NCBI GenBank assembly: GCA_963778655.1
Contig: CAVZVA010000010.1
Location: forward strand, 736,001-800,000
Reading direction: 5' to 3'
DNA from: an uncultured delta proteobacterium
Lineage (GTDB): Bacteria > Myxococcota_A > Polyangia > Polyangiales > JAFGIB01
DNA length: 64,000 bases
In this document: piece by piece, positions 24,867 through 34,194 of the stretch
How the letters are laid out: every line of letters begins with the position of its first letter
Position numbering within the stretch: the first letter of the stretch is position 1
The notes under the pieces: model-generated
Database searches by the model: none
The model's input: only the letters and a program-made list of their open reading frames with translations
Told to the model about the DNA's origin: nothing
Program-made: the position numbers and the translations under genes

Positions 24867-26062
24867 GGGGACGGTCCATGGATCTTTGGATCTTGCGATT
24901 GCTCGATGGGCTTGGTAGAGGGGACCGATGCCGCGAACGGCTCGGGTTGGCTACGCCGGAAGCGTGCTGCACGTGATCAGCCGCTTCGCGGGCGGTCGTT
25001 GGGAGCTGGACAAGCGGGGGGGCCGTGTTCGGTATCTGGAGTTGGTGGGGCGCGCGGTTGAGCGGACGGATGCTCGTGTTCTGGCGTACTGCCTGATGAG
25101 CAACCACGTTCACCTGGTTGTCGTACGAGGGCATGAGCCGCTGGAACGGCTGGTGAAACCAGTGCACACAGGCTTTGCGGGATGGGTGAACGGGGGGCGA
25201 CGCAAGGCGCAGGGCCCTGTGTTCGCGGGTCGGCCGCGGATGGTTCTCGTGGAGGAGGAGGCGTACCTGCTGGAGCTGGTTCGGTACGTGCACAACAATC
25301 CCGTGCGCGCCGGGGTGGTGCAATGGTCCCGGCAGAGCGACTGGTCGAGTCACGGAGCCTATGTCGGCACGCGGGAGGCGCCGGAGTGGCTATCTCTAGG
25401 CTACGTGCTTGACCGGTTCGGCAAGCAGGCGCGGCCTCGCGCGCAGCGTTTCGAGGATTTCGTGAATGAAGGTCGGGGCGAAGGGCGTCGAGCGGACCTG
25501 TCGGGGGATGGTTCGTCGGACGCCATCTCGAAGGCTCGGGCGGCTGTTGGGGACGGCTTCTATGTGAGCGATGGGATTCTGGGCAGCGAGGAGTTCGCGC
25601 GGAAGGTTCAGCGGGACGTGAAGCGAGTGCAGCAAACGCTGGCTGCGGCATGGGTGGACCGGGGCCAGGGCCATCGCGAACGTCCCATGCTGTCGGCGGT
25701 GATCGACGAGGTTTGCGGGATGCTCGGTCTCGAGCCATGGGCGTTCGAGTCGCAGCCGAAGCGTCGCAGCCCCGCCCAAGCTCGTCGGCTAATCACGTGG
25801 TTGTGGGTGCATCACTACGGTGGGAAGCAGGTGGAAGTGGCGCGTGCGTTGAAAGCGAGCACGGGAACGGTAGCGAGTTGGTACGGTTTGGCGGTAGCAA
25901 ACGCGGCGGAGATGGACGAGCAAGGATCCGCGATCATCCAGGCGCTCGCGCGACGGCGCCAGCGGAAGGCGGCTGCAAAGACGCCGCAAGCGCTCCGGTT
26001 TCACGTCGACGTGGACGAGTAATCGAAATAAACGATGATCCGAGGATCCGTGGACCGTCCCC
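24867..26062 (+). mobile_element. RAYT-like (HUH/Y1) element bounded by 18-bp inverted repeats
   Basis: GGGGACGGTCCATGGATC (24867-24884) versus GATCCGTGGACCGTCCCC (26045-26062), 17/18 complementary, flanking the transposase. Confidence 0.75.
24928..26022 (+). CDS. REP-associated tyrosine transposase (Y1/IS200 superfamily) with C-terminal HTH
   Basis: MPRTAR...HVISR, YCLMSNHVHL (HUH), YVHNNPVRAG, WSSH; DnaA-C-like HTH at the C-terminus. Confidence 0.9.
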   Translation: MPRTARVGYAGSVLHVISRFAGGRWELDKRGGRVRYLELVGRAVERTDARVLAYCLMSNHVHLVVVRGHEPLERLVKPVHTGFAGWVNGGRRKAQGPVFAGRPRMVLVEEEAYLLELVRYVHNNPVRAGVVQWSRQSDWSSHGAYVGTREAPEWLSLGYVLDRFGKQARPRAQRFEDFVNEGRGEGRRADLSGDGSSDAISKARAAVGDGFYVSDGILGSEEFARKVQRDVKRVQQTLAAAWVDRGQGHRERPMLSAVIDEVCGMLGLEPWAFESQPKRRSPAQARRLITWLWVHHYGGKQVEVARALKASTGTVASWYGLAVANAAEMDEQGSAIIQALARRRQRKAAAKTPQALRFHVDVDE

Positions 26063-26125
26063 CAGTCCGCCGTCGTCCCCCAGTCCGCCGAATCCGTGGA
26101 CCGTCCCCCAGTCCGCCGAATCCCC
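26045..26125. repeat. Reiterated right end of the RAYT element
   Basis: ATCCGTGGACCGTCCCCCAGTCCGCCG occurs twice, plus a partial CGTCCCCCAGTCCGCCG. Confidence 0.75.
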
Positions 26126-26136
26126 CGAGCGTGTGC

Positions 26137-27699
26137 CTACTGCAGGCTCGGCGGCGTCCAGTCCATCCAGCTGGCGAGGTCGGCGTTCGCGTTCTCGGCC
26201 CGCAGCATGTTGGTGTCGTCGGTGCCGGTGCCGACCAAGAACTTCTTGACGTAGGCTTCGAGGATGGCGCGCTGCTGGGATGGGAACTGGCAGTGGGTGT
26301 GGGCGTCGCTCTGCCAGTAGCCCATGTGGTCGGTCAGGCCGAACGCTTCCCAGATCGCGTGCGCGATCGAGCCGGCCGTGAAGGTGCTGTCGATGCCCAG
26401 CCAGTCGATGGGGTTGTCGATTACCAGCAGCGCGCGCGGCGCCACCAGGCCCATGACCATGTGATGGTCGAAGGGCAGCTTGGGCACGTTGCTGCCGCCG
26501 AAACTCTGGCCGAAATCCGCTCGGAACCAGGGTTGCTCGTTGGCGGCATTGGACAGGGTTTGGACGTTTTCCCCCATCGCGCTCTGCGCCTCCGACACGC
26601 GCCAGCTCGCCGAGCCGCCGGCGCCCGATTCCTGCGGGATGGTCAGCACGATGCGCTCGTCGAGCGCCCCGGCGAGCAGCGCGCCCTTGCCGTAGCGCGA
26701 GCAGCCGGTCACCGCGATCCGCTTCGGGTCGATGTGCGCTTCGGGAGTCTTCTCCAGGGCGTCGATGATGCGGCTGACGCCCCATGCCCAGGCGGCCAGG
26801 TCGCCGGCAGGATGATCGTGGCCGTACAGATCGTAGAAGGCCCCGGTGCCGCGCGAGCCGCCGCCCGCCTCTGCGGCCATGGAGTCGTTGTCGTAGATCA
26901 GGGTCGCGACGCCATTCTGCGAGAAGACGGTTTCGTCGAGCGTGCTGAAGCTGTACTCGATCACCAGCGGAATGGGATCGGAGCCGGCGCCCGCGGGCCG
27001 GTTGATGCTCACCGAGAAGGAGACGCTCTTGCCGCCGCTGCTCACGGTGATTGCCAGGCTGTTGCCTGAGAGCTGAGCGCTGACGCCGCCGGGCTCGACG
27101 GCCGGCTTGGGGCCGGTTTCGTACCGCTCGACCTGGGCCTCGATTTCGGCGCGCCGGCAGCGCCACTGCGCCTTCTGGGTGATGCGCGAGCCGTCCAGCA
27201 TCGTGAACGGATCCTGGTGCTTCGCGTAGGGGGTCAACTGCGAGGCCGCCGGCAGGCTGGGGACGTGACAATCCGCGCCGCTGTCTTCGACCGTGCCCAG
27301 CGCGGGCGCGCCGCCGCCCGGGCTCGTGCTGCCGCCGGCGTCGGGCGTGACACCGGCGTCCGCGACGCTGCCCGTGCCTGCGGTTCCCGGCCTGCCCGCA
27401 TCGCCCGGGGTGCCGCCGGCGCCCGGCGTGCCGCCCGTGCCCGCCGCCATCGCGCCGCCCGTTGCGCTGCTTGCACCCGTGCCGAGCGCACCCCCCGTGC
27501 CCGTGCCCTGGCCCCCGCTGCCGGCGCCCGCGCCGGTTCCGCCCAGGTTGCTCGGCACGAAGGCCCCCTGCGCGCCGGCTGCGGCGGTGCCCCCCGTGTT
27601 GCCCTGCCCGCCACCGGAAGAGGCGCCAGTGCTGCAGGACGCCAGCACCAGCGAGGCCGTGGCGGCGACGGAGTGACGGACAATCGAGCGAAGAACCAC
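26137..27699 (-). CDS. CE15 4-O-methyl-glucuronoyl methylesterase-like lipoprotein
   Basis: Lipobox LASC, AWAWGVSR, GCSRYGK, QESG, PFDHH; GGAGG RBS before the GTG. Confidence 0.88.
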   Translation of the reverse strand: MVLRSIVRHSVAATASLVLASCSTGASSGGGQGNTGGTAAAGAQGAFVPSNLGGTGAGAGSGGQGTGTGGALGTGASSATGGAMAAGTGGTPGAGGTPGDAGRPGTAGTGSVADAGVTPDAGGSTSPGGGAPALGTVEDSGADCHVPSLPAASQLTPYAKHQDPFTMLDGSRITQKAQWRCRRAEIEAQVERYETGPKPAVEPGGVSAQLSGNSLAITVSSGGKSVSFSVSINRPAGAGSDPIPLVIEYSFSTLDETVFSQNGVATLIYDNDSMAAEAGGGSRGTGAFYDLYGHDHPAGDLAAWAWGVSRIIDALEKTPEAHIDPKRIAVTGCSRYGKGALLAGALDERIVLTIPQESGAGGSASWRVSEAQSAMGENVQTLSNAANEQPWFRADFGQSFGGSNVPKLPFDHHMVMGLVAPRALLVIDNPIDWLGIDSTFTAGSIAHAIWEAFGLTDHMGYWQSDAHTHCQFPSQQRAILEAYVKKFLVGTGTDDTNMLRAENANADLASWMDWTPPSLQ

Positions 27700-27818
27700 G
27701 ATTCCTCCCAGACGCAAGTCTTCCGGTCGCCTCGCCGGAGCCGCCGGCTCTGGACGTTGGACTCCAAAGCCATCCAGGTACGTCCGCCTGCCCAGTGGCG
27801 GGTCGCTCACCCAGCGGG

Positions 27819-28370
27819 TCAAACAGGCTCGAATCCGATGGCACAAGATGCTGGCACTGGAGGGATCCCACTGGAGGGATCCGTCCGAGGTAACGCGCCG
27901 TCGGAGGGGCATCGGCGGGCGCGGGGACCGCTGTCACGAGGCCTCGGAGAGCTGGCCTGGATGGCGGCGCCCGCGGCCACGGGGTTGAGGTGCTCGTAGA
28001 TGAGCTGCGTGCTCTGGGCGGCGTCGGCGCACAGCCGCATCATGTGGGCGCGGCCGTCGAACAGCTCGCCGGGCTGGTCGTAGCGCTGCCGGGCCAGCAG
28101 GGTGTTGAGCGCGCAGCTGAGCTCGTGGTGGAACATCCGAGTGAAGCACGGCAAGTTGTCGCGCTCGGGCGTGACGGTGAGGTGGTTGTGGGTGATGACG
28201 CGCGTGGCGTGATGGACGGCCACGCCGGTGTGCCTCTGTGCCAGCGCCAGGCTGTAGAGCCAGGCCTGCTCGACGCCCGGGTGCCACGGCGCCAGGAATG
28301 CCTTGCGTAGGGTCGTGCGCCGTGTGATGGCGGTGGTCGCACCGGGGACGATGATGCGCGGGGCCGTCAC
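27819..28370 (-). pseudogene. N-terminal fragment of a second RAYT-like transposase
   Basis: TAPRIIVPGATTAITRRT, HNHL (HUH-like), YEHLNPVAAG; similarity is lost after about 27970. Confidence 0.7.
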
Positions 28371-28490
28371 GCCCGGCCGCGGGTGCGAGAACTGGGCCGG
28401 GCGGCCGCAAGGCGAAATCGGGTATTTAGGCGTCGAGCCCTGGCGAATCTGGCCGCCACCGCCGGCGGCCGCCACCACGCAGCGCCCGGC

Positions 28491-28578
28491 ACTGGACAGC
28501 CTTTCGGCTATCTGGGATCGATCTTCTCCGGGCGGGACTGGACAGCCTTTCGGCTATCTGGGATCGATCTTCTCCGGG
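28491..28578. repeat. 42-bp direct repeat, two copies (period 46)
   Basis: ACTGGACAGCCTTTCGGCTATCTGGGATCGATCTTCTCCGGG at 28491 and 28537. Confidence 0.85.
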
Positions 28579-28603
28579 GAACAGCGGGAGCCGGGGCTTA
28601 CGG

Positions 28604-29644
28604 ATGGCGGAGGCGCTGGCAGATGTCGGAGCAGCTCTCCGCCATCTCATGGGACGCAGTGATGCCCTGCTTGCAGACGGGCACCGCCGAAGGGACACGC
28701 TTGCGTCGCAGCTCGCCTGCTACGCCGACGATGCCAGAGCGGTGGAGAAACTCCGCAAAGAGCTCCCCGCAAACGCTCAGGCATCATTGGCGACCCGATT
28801 CTTGATCGAGCTAGCAGCGGAAAGTCCAGAGGGCAGCGGCCGCATCAGCGATGCGCTCTTCGACCAATGGCTGGCGGCAGCGTGTGAGATCATTTCGTTG
28901 GGCATGGCGTGCGACGTCCAGCACCTGCAACTCGCCGAAGTGACGCTGCACCTTCACCCAAACGGCTATGTGATCGGTCGTGGTGCCTATGGCGAAGGAG
29001 CCCATGCTGTTCAAGAAGCAGCGGTGGCCTCTGCGATCGAGATTGTGACTGAGCCGGACCATGAGTTCGATCCATCGACGTGGCCGTTCCCCACCAAGGA
29101 GCAGATTGACGAGGCCTCCGAGGCGGAGCTCGGCTGTAGCCTCAGTGAAATTGATCGTCTCCCGGCACACGTCTCCCATATCGTGGGCGAGCGAGACGAG
29201 TCGGTAGTGGAAATGCCGGTGCAGGAACTGATTCCTCAGCTTTGCAGCCGGCTTGCGTGGGACGAGGACAAGGTCAACGCGGTACTCCAGTCGCTGACAC
29301 TAGAAGCGCGCACCGAGTTCACCAAGGCCGCGAGTCCCTACTCGGCATCGGACGTGCTTCCCTGGAGGTTCAACCGTGCGCTCTCCTACTTGCGCCGACC
29401 GCTGATTCGGGTCATTCGAGGCGATCACCCGCACCTGTTCCTTGCTGCTGGTGCTCCAGTCGCCTCGGCCGAGCACCTGGTCGAGAGAGCTCGCGTCCAG
29501 GCTTCGGGCCCTTTGGTCTGTGGCCGGCTGAGCTGCCCAGCGAGCGGCGTAGCCGGCCCAGGCTGCACCCGTCCGCAGCCACCGGTGCTGGTCAGCAGCG
29601 CGAACGGCAGTGTGGAAGCAAGGAGCGAAGTGCCGCGCTGCTAG
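28604..29644 (+). pseudogene. Internal fragment of a foreign, lower-GC hypothetical protein
   Basis: Visibly more A/T-ending codons; protein-like to about 29490 (LPWRFNRALSYLRRPL), then degenerate; lies between two RAYT remnants. Confidence 0.5.
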
Positions 29645-30267
29645 GCGGCCAGCAGGATGGGCGGCGGGTAGGTGCCCGCGGGGAACTGCAGGGCGCGCTC
29701 GCCTGCGCGGTAGCGCTCGGAGAGCTCGGCGTGGGCCTGCATGATGGCGACGACGCCGTGGGTGTACTGCGCGCGCGCCTCGGGCATCCCGAACACGTAG
29801 GGCCGGTTGCTCTGTGCCGGGGCCTTGGGCCTGGTCTGGAAGTCGGCGAAGATGACCTCGTCGACGCCGAGGGGTCGCTGAAAGCGTGCGCGCTGCTGCT
29901 CGGTCATCCCGGCGAGGTGCTTGCCGCGGGCGACCCAGGTACGGACGGACCGGCGGCAGAGCTCGCGCGTCATGCCGTCGCAGCAGGGCAAGGGGGACAG
30001 GATGAGGGTGGCGGAGCGGAAGAAGGGCTCGAGGTCGTCGGGTCGCCCGGCGTGATGCCAGGCCGTGCGGTCGAGGTACTCGAAGCTGGGGTGATCGTCA
30101 TCGCCGAGGCCGTAGGCGAGGTTGAGGCCGGGCCAGTGCTCGGGGTCGCTGACGAGGTTGGCTTTGCGGGGGTTGTCGAGCAGGTATCCGGCGCGCTCAC
30201 CGCAGCCCGCGTCATCGACGGCGGGCTGGGGGTTTGTGGCGCCTACGCTCCTGACCGGAGGGCCACT
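29641..30267 (-). pseudogene. C-terminal fragment of a third RAYT-like transposase
   Basis: Hand translation gives YLLDNPRKANLVSDPEHWPG...RAGERALQFPAGTYPP; in-frame TAA at 30268-30270 and no start codon before the conserved part. Confidence 0.7.
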
Positions 30268-30359
30268 TTACCCGCGCGCGATCGTTTTTGGCGGCCCGCA
30301 CGTATCAGGGGGCAGGTTCGGCGTGCGCGTGGCGCGACCGACGGCGCAGGGAGTTTTCG

Positions 30360-31553
30360 ATGTCCCGGAAAGCGATCGTGTTGGTGCGATGCGTGCTGTG
30401 CGTCACGGCCTGGGCGTGCGGCGGCTCGGGCTCCGAGCCCGGCGAGTCGATGAATATGGATCATGCGACGGGCATGACGCCGATCACGGGGGGCGCGCAG
30501 GCTTCGGGCGCGGGCGGAACATCGGACAGCGCTCACGACTCGAGCAGGGGCGGCGCTTCGATGACACCGGCCACGTTGGCAGGCTCGGGCGGCAACGGCG
30601 GAACCGCCAGCGCCGGAACGAGCGGCGGCGGTGACGCAGGTATCGGCGGCCAAGCTCCGATCGATCCGGCCCACTACGACTACACAGCGCAAGCGGTGAC
30701 GCTGACCGAGACGCTGACGATCCCCGCGGGTCAAACCGTGCGCGTCGGTCCGGGCACGACCTTCACTGCGGGCATGGGAATGCAGGTGTTGATCAACGGC
30801 ACGCTGATCGTCGATGGCACGGCCGACGCGCCGGTCGAGTTCGCCGGCGCCGGTACGCCGCGCTCGTGGGAGGGGATCGTGATCGCCAGCGGCGGCTCGC
30901 TCACGATGACGCACGCCAAGATCGGCGGTGCCACGTATGGCATTCTGGCTCAGGTCGGCTCGAGCTATCAGGTCGCGTATTCGGAGATCGGCACCAGCTT
31001 CAAGGTCGCCGTCTTGTACGCGGACGGCTCGTTCGATCACATGCGCTTCCACGCGTCGGGCGACGACACGTTTTCACCGGTCAACGAGGTGTCGATGGAC
31101 GACGTCAACGGCTCGCTCACCATCATCGACGCTTCGCCGACCGTCACCGACTCCAGCTTCGACAACAGTTCGCCGCTGGTCGATATGATCCGCATCGGCG
31201 GCAAGGCCTCGCCGGTGTTCGACCACGTGTCCATCGTCGGCGCGCACTGCGGCCTGCACACTAACGGCGGCGTCAACACCATGCCGACGATCAAGAACTC
31301 GGTGCTGCAAGGCCTGTCGTACGGCATCATGGCGTACACCGCCAAGCCGACGTTCGAGAACTGCAACTTCATCGACAACGGTTCGGACATCGGCTTTTGT
31401 TTCGACGCCACGGCGGACAACGCGCCGACGCTGATCGGCAACTACTACTCGTCGGGCAGCGCGTCGTTCGATGCCAGTTGCTTCGATATCGGCAAGGCGG
31501 ATTCGGCGCCGGCGGCCGCGCCGCTGGATGGCGTCGGCCCGGTCGGGCTGTAG
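30360..31553 (+). CDS. Lipoprotein with right-handed parallel beta-helix domain
   Basis: Lipobox AWAC, Gly-rich linker, LTIPAG..V...PGT, GTADAPVEF...W.GI. Confidence 0.7.
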   Translation: MSRKAIVLVRCVLCVTAWACGGSGSEPGESMNMDHATGMTPITGGAQASGAGGTSDSAHDSSRGGASMTPATLAGSGGNGGTASAGTSGGGDAGIGGQAPIDPAHYDYTAQAVTLTETLTIPAGQTVRVGPGTTFTAGMGMQVLINGTLIVDGTADAPVEFAGAGTPRSWEGIVIASGGSLTMTHAKIGGATYGILAQVGSSYQVAYSEIGTSFKVAVLYADGSFDHMRFHASGDDTFSPVNEVSMDDVNGSLTIIDASPTVTDSSFDNSSPLVDMIRIGGKASPVFDHVSIVGAHCGLHTNGGVNTMPTIKNSVLQGLSYGIMAYTAKPTFENCNFIDNGSDIGFCFDATADNAPTLIGNYYSSGSASFDASCFDIGKADSAPAAAPLDGVGPVGL

Positions 31554-31564
31554 CTGGGCAACGC

Positions 31565-33547
31565 ATGCAGCGCGCCGCGCGCATGACGTTGTTGATGGCC
31601 GCGCTGTGCGCGGGCGCGAGTCATGCGCGCGCCCACGTGCCCCTGCCGCGCGGCCTCGCGATCGAGCCGGGCGATGCGGGCGGCATCGCCGTGCGCATGC
31701 CGGGCTTTGGCTGGTTGCTGCGCGCGCCGGGCGCGAGCGACGGCGCGTTCGCCTACGCGTGCGACGCGTTGCTCGATGTCAGCCCGCTGGAAGAGCAGGT
31801 GCCGATGGTGTATCGCAGCGACGGCACGCTGATCGCCGGCACCGCGCACGGCATTCGTTTCTTGACCGGCGACGGCTGCCCGATCGAGACGACGCCGCTG
31901 CTCGAGCACGCGATCAGCGCGCTCGCGCTGCGCCCGAACGCCGACGGCCCCGACCTCGTGTACGCGATCAGCGCCGGCGCCGATGCGGCGCCGATCGTGC
32001 AGCGCAGCGACGATGGCGGCGAACACTGGACAGCGCGCGCCACGCTCGATCAACGGCCGGTCAGTGCGCTCGTGCTCGACCCGCGCGATCCGGACACGCT
32101 CTACGTGAGCCAGGCGATGTCGACCGACGCCGCAGCCGAGGGCGCATCCGAGGGCGCGTCGATCGCGGTGTCGAGCGACGGCGGCGCGACCTTCGCAACG
32201 GTTGCGCAGCAGCGCGCGCTCACGCTGCTCCACGTGCAGGACGAACCGGCGCGAATCTGGGCGCGCGCGCGCGTCGCCACCAGCGGCGTCGGTGTGGATA
32301 TCCTGCGCGCCGAGCGCGTGCAGGGTCCGTGGCAAGTCGTGCTCAGCGTCAACTTCTTCGGCGGCTTCGCCGTCGATCCGAACGACGCCGACGTGATCTG
32401 GGTCGGCGACGAAGCGCGCGGCGTGTACCGCTCGAGCGACGGCGGCGACAGCTTCGACAAGTCGCAACCCGACATCGCCGCCTCGTGCCTCGCGTACGGT
32501 GACGGGGCGCTGTGGGCCTGCACGCCCGGCTTGCCTCAGCGCACCGCGCTCGCGCGCTCGCCCGACGCGCTGGCCGCGTTCGCGCCGATCATGGCGTTCG
32601 CCGACGTGCAGCAGTTGGTGGCGTGTTCGCCGCAGGCGAACGTGGTCGATCGATGTGCCGCCGCATGGGTCGAATGGCAGCGCGACGTGCTGATGACGCT
32701 GCCGGCGGAACAGGCGCCCGCGATGGGGGCGCCGGACGCCGGCGCGCACGAGATGACGCGCGCGCCCGATGCAGCCGCCGCGCCCGAGGAGGTGCGCAGC
32801 CCGGACCAGGCGGCACAGGCGTCGGGTTGCACGGTCAGAATGCAGCAGCGCGCAACATCCGGCGCGGCCTGCGTATGGTGCGCCTGCGTGCTGTTGGCGT
32901 TCGTCTTGGGCGCAAGCCGCTGGGGCTCGCGCCAGCGCCGCGCTCTCGACACGGCGCCGTGGTTTTGCGATGGTGCGAGGTCGTTTCGGATGCAGAGCGA
33001 TCTCGAGTTGATGCAGCGCGCAGCGTCGGGCGATCCCGACGCCTTTGCCGCCATCTACGATCGACATGCCGCGACCTTGCTCGCGCTCGCCCGGCGCATG
33101 CTGCGCCGGTCCGACGATGCGCGCGACCTGTTGCACGACGTCTTTCTCGAGGCCTGGCAGCACGTGCGCGAGTACGATCCGACGCGCGCGACGCCGCGCA
33201 CCTGGCTGATCGTTCGCCTGCGCTCGCGCGCGCTCGATCGCCGCGCGCATGCCGCGCGTGGTACGCGCGTGGCCCAAACGCTCGATGCCTTGCCCGAACT
33301 GGCGCCGGCCAGCACGGCGCACAGCGAGGCGCGTGCGGACGAGCGGCGCGAGATCACACGCTCGCTCGCGGAGCTCGATTGCGACCTGCGGCGCGTGCTC
33401 GAGCTAACCTATTACGAAGGTCTGACCGCGCTCGAGATCAGCGAACGCGACGGCACGCCGGTCGGCACGGTTCGATCGCGGCTGGCGCGCGGCTTGGACC
33501 AACTGCGCGCGCTGCTGGCGCAGGTAACGGAGCAGGGCGATGGCTGA
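31565..33547 (+). CDS. BNR-repeat beta-propeller surface protein with MYXO-CTERM-like tail, in frame with an ECF sigma factor
   Basis: Signal peptide; SDDGGEHW, SSDGGATF and SSDGGDSF Asp-boxes; SGC + TM + RQRR; no stop before the sigma domain. Confidence 0.65.
   Translation: MQRAARMTLLMAALCAGASHARAHVPLPRGLAIEPGDAGGIAVRMPGFGWLLRAPGASDGAFAYACDALLDVSPLEEQVPMVYRSDGTLIAGTAHGIRFLTGDGCPIETTPLLEHAISALALRPNADGPDLVYAISAGADAAPIVQRSDDGGEHWTARATLDQRPVSALVLDPRDPDTLYVSQAMSTDAAAEGASEGASIAVSSDGGATFATVAQQRALTLLHVQDEPARIWARARVATSGVGVDILRAERVQGPWQVVLSVNFFGGFAVDPNDADVIWVGDEARGVYRSSDGGDSFDKSQPDIAASCLAYGDGALWACTPGLPQRTALARSPDALAAFAPIMAFADVQQLVACSPQANVVDRCAAAWVEWQRDVLMTLPAEQAPAMGAPDAGAHEMTRAPDAAAAPEEVRSPDQAAQASGCTVRMQQRATSGAACVWCACVLLAFVLGASRWGSRQRRALDTAPWFCDGARSFRMQSDLELMQRAASGDPDAFAAIYDRHAATLLALARRMLRRSDDARDLLHDVFLEAWQHVREYDPTRATPRTWLIVRLRSRALDRRAHAARGTRVAQTLDALPELAPASTAHSEARADERREITRSLAELDCDLRRVLELTYYEGLTALEISERDGTPVGTVRSRLARGLDQLRALLAQVTEQGDG
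32990..33547 (+). CDS. ECF sigma-70 factor (own start or C-terminal domain of the fusion)
   Basis: GDPDAFAAIYDRH, DLLHDVFLEAW, TWL, EGLTALEIS..GTPVGTVRSRL. Confidence 0.85.
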   Translation: MQSDLELMQRAASGDPDAFAAIYDRHAATLLALARRMLRRSDDARDLLHDVFLEAWQHVREYDPTRATPRTWLIVRLRSRALDRRAHAARGTRVAQTLDALPELAPASTAHSEARADERREITRSLAELDCDLRRVLELTYYEGLTALEISERDGTPVGTVRSRLARGLDQLRALLAQVTEQGDG

Positions 33548-34016
33548 CGCGAACGACGACGACGGCGATCTCGAGGCGATGTCGCTGCTGGCGGCGGCGC
33601 TGCCGCCGATCGAGCCTTCGCCTGCGGACCGCTCGCGCTTCCAGCAGGCATTGCAACGCGCGCGGTTTGCGCCGTTTGCACGCGAGATCGCCGAGAAGCT
33701 CGCGATCGCGCCCGAGTTGCTGCTGACGGCGCTCGAGCGCGTCGATGACGACGACGCGTGGATCGGCCCGCCAACGCTGGCGCTGCGCATCCTGCCGGTG
33801 CGCGGCCGCGTCGTCATCTCGCGCCTGCGGGCCGGCACGATCATTCCGCATCACCGCCACGCGACGCGCGAGTTTACGTACGTGCTCGACGGCGTGTTGA
33901 TCTCGGCCGGGACCGAGCACGGGCGCGCGGCGTGCCTCGACATGGCGCCCGGTACCGAGCACGAGCTGCGCGTGTCGGCGGACAGCGATTGCCTGGTGGT
34001 GTTCGCCACGTTCTGA
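33540..34016 (+). CDS. ChrR-like cupin anti-sigma factor
   Basis: Overlaps the sigma stop; PHHRH...E.TYVLDG...PGTEH cupin motif. Confidence 0.75.
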   Translation: MADANDDDGDLEAMSLLAAALPPIEPSPADRSRFQQALQRARFAPFAREIAEKLAIAPELLLTALERVDDDDAWIGPPTLALRILPVRGRVVISRLRAGTIIPHHRHATREFTYVLDGVLISAGTEHGRAACLDMAPGTEHELRVSADSDCLVVFATF

Positions 34017-34089
34017 ACGCAGGGGACACTGCGGGGACACCGCGCGGCACCGGGGGGGGCACATAGCGCTTGTCGGGTAGAGGGGAGGG

Positions 34090-34194
34090 ATGCCGCGTAC
34101 GGCGCGTGTTCAATGCCCTGGGGGTGTGTTTCATGTGGTGTCGCGGTTTGCGCGCGATGAGTGGTGGCTCGATCGGGCTGGGGCTCGCACGTAG
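34090..34194 (+). pseudogene. 34-aa N-terminal stub of a fourth RAYT, paralogous to 24928
   Basis: MPRTARVQCPGGVFHVVSRFARDEWWLDRAGAR versus MPRTARVGYAGSVLHVISRFAGGRWELDKRGGR; same upstream GGTAGAGGGGA; GGGGACAC twice at 34022-34040. Confidence 0.8.

Noticed and set aside
26045..26125. Mini-CRISPR
   Set aside because: Irregular partial duplications of the transposon end with no unique spacers.
27819..30267. A single RAYT gene split by an insertion
   Set aside because: The C-terminal piece lies upstream of the N-terminal piece on the minus strand, and both contain the Y..NP region, so they are separate remnants.
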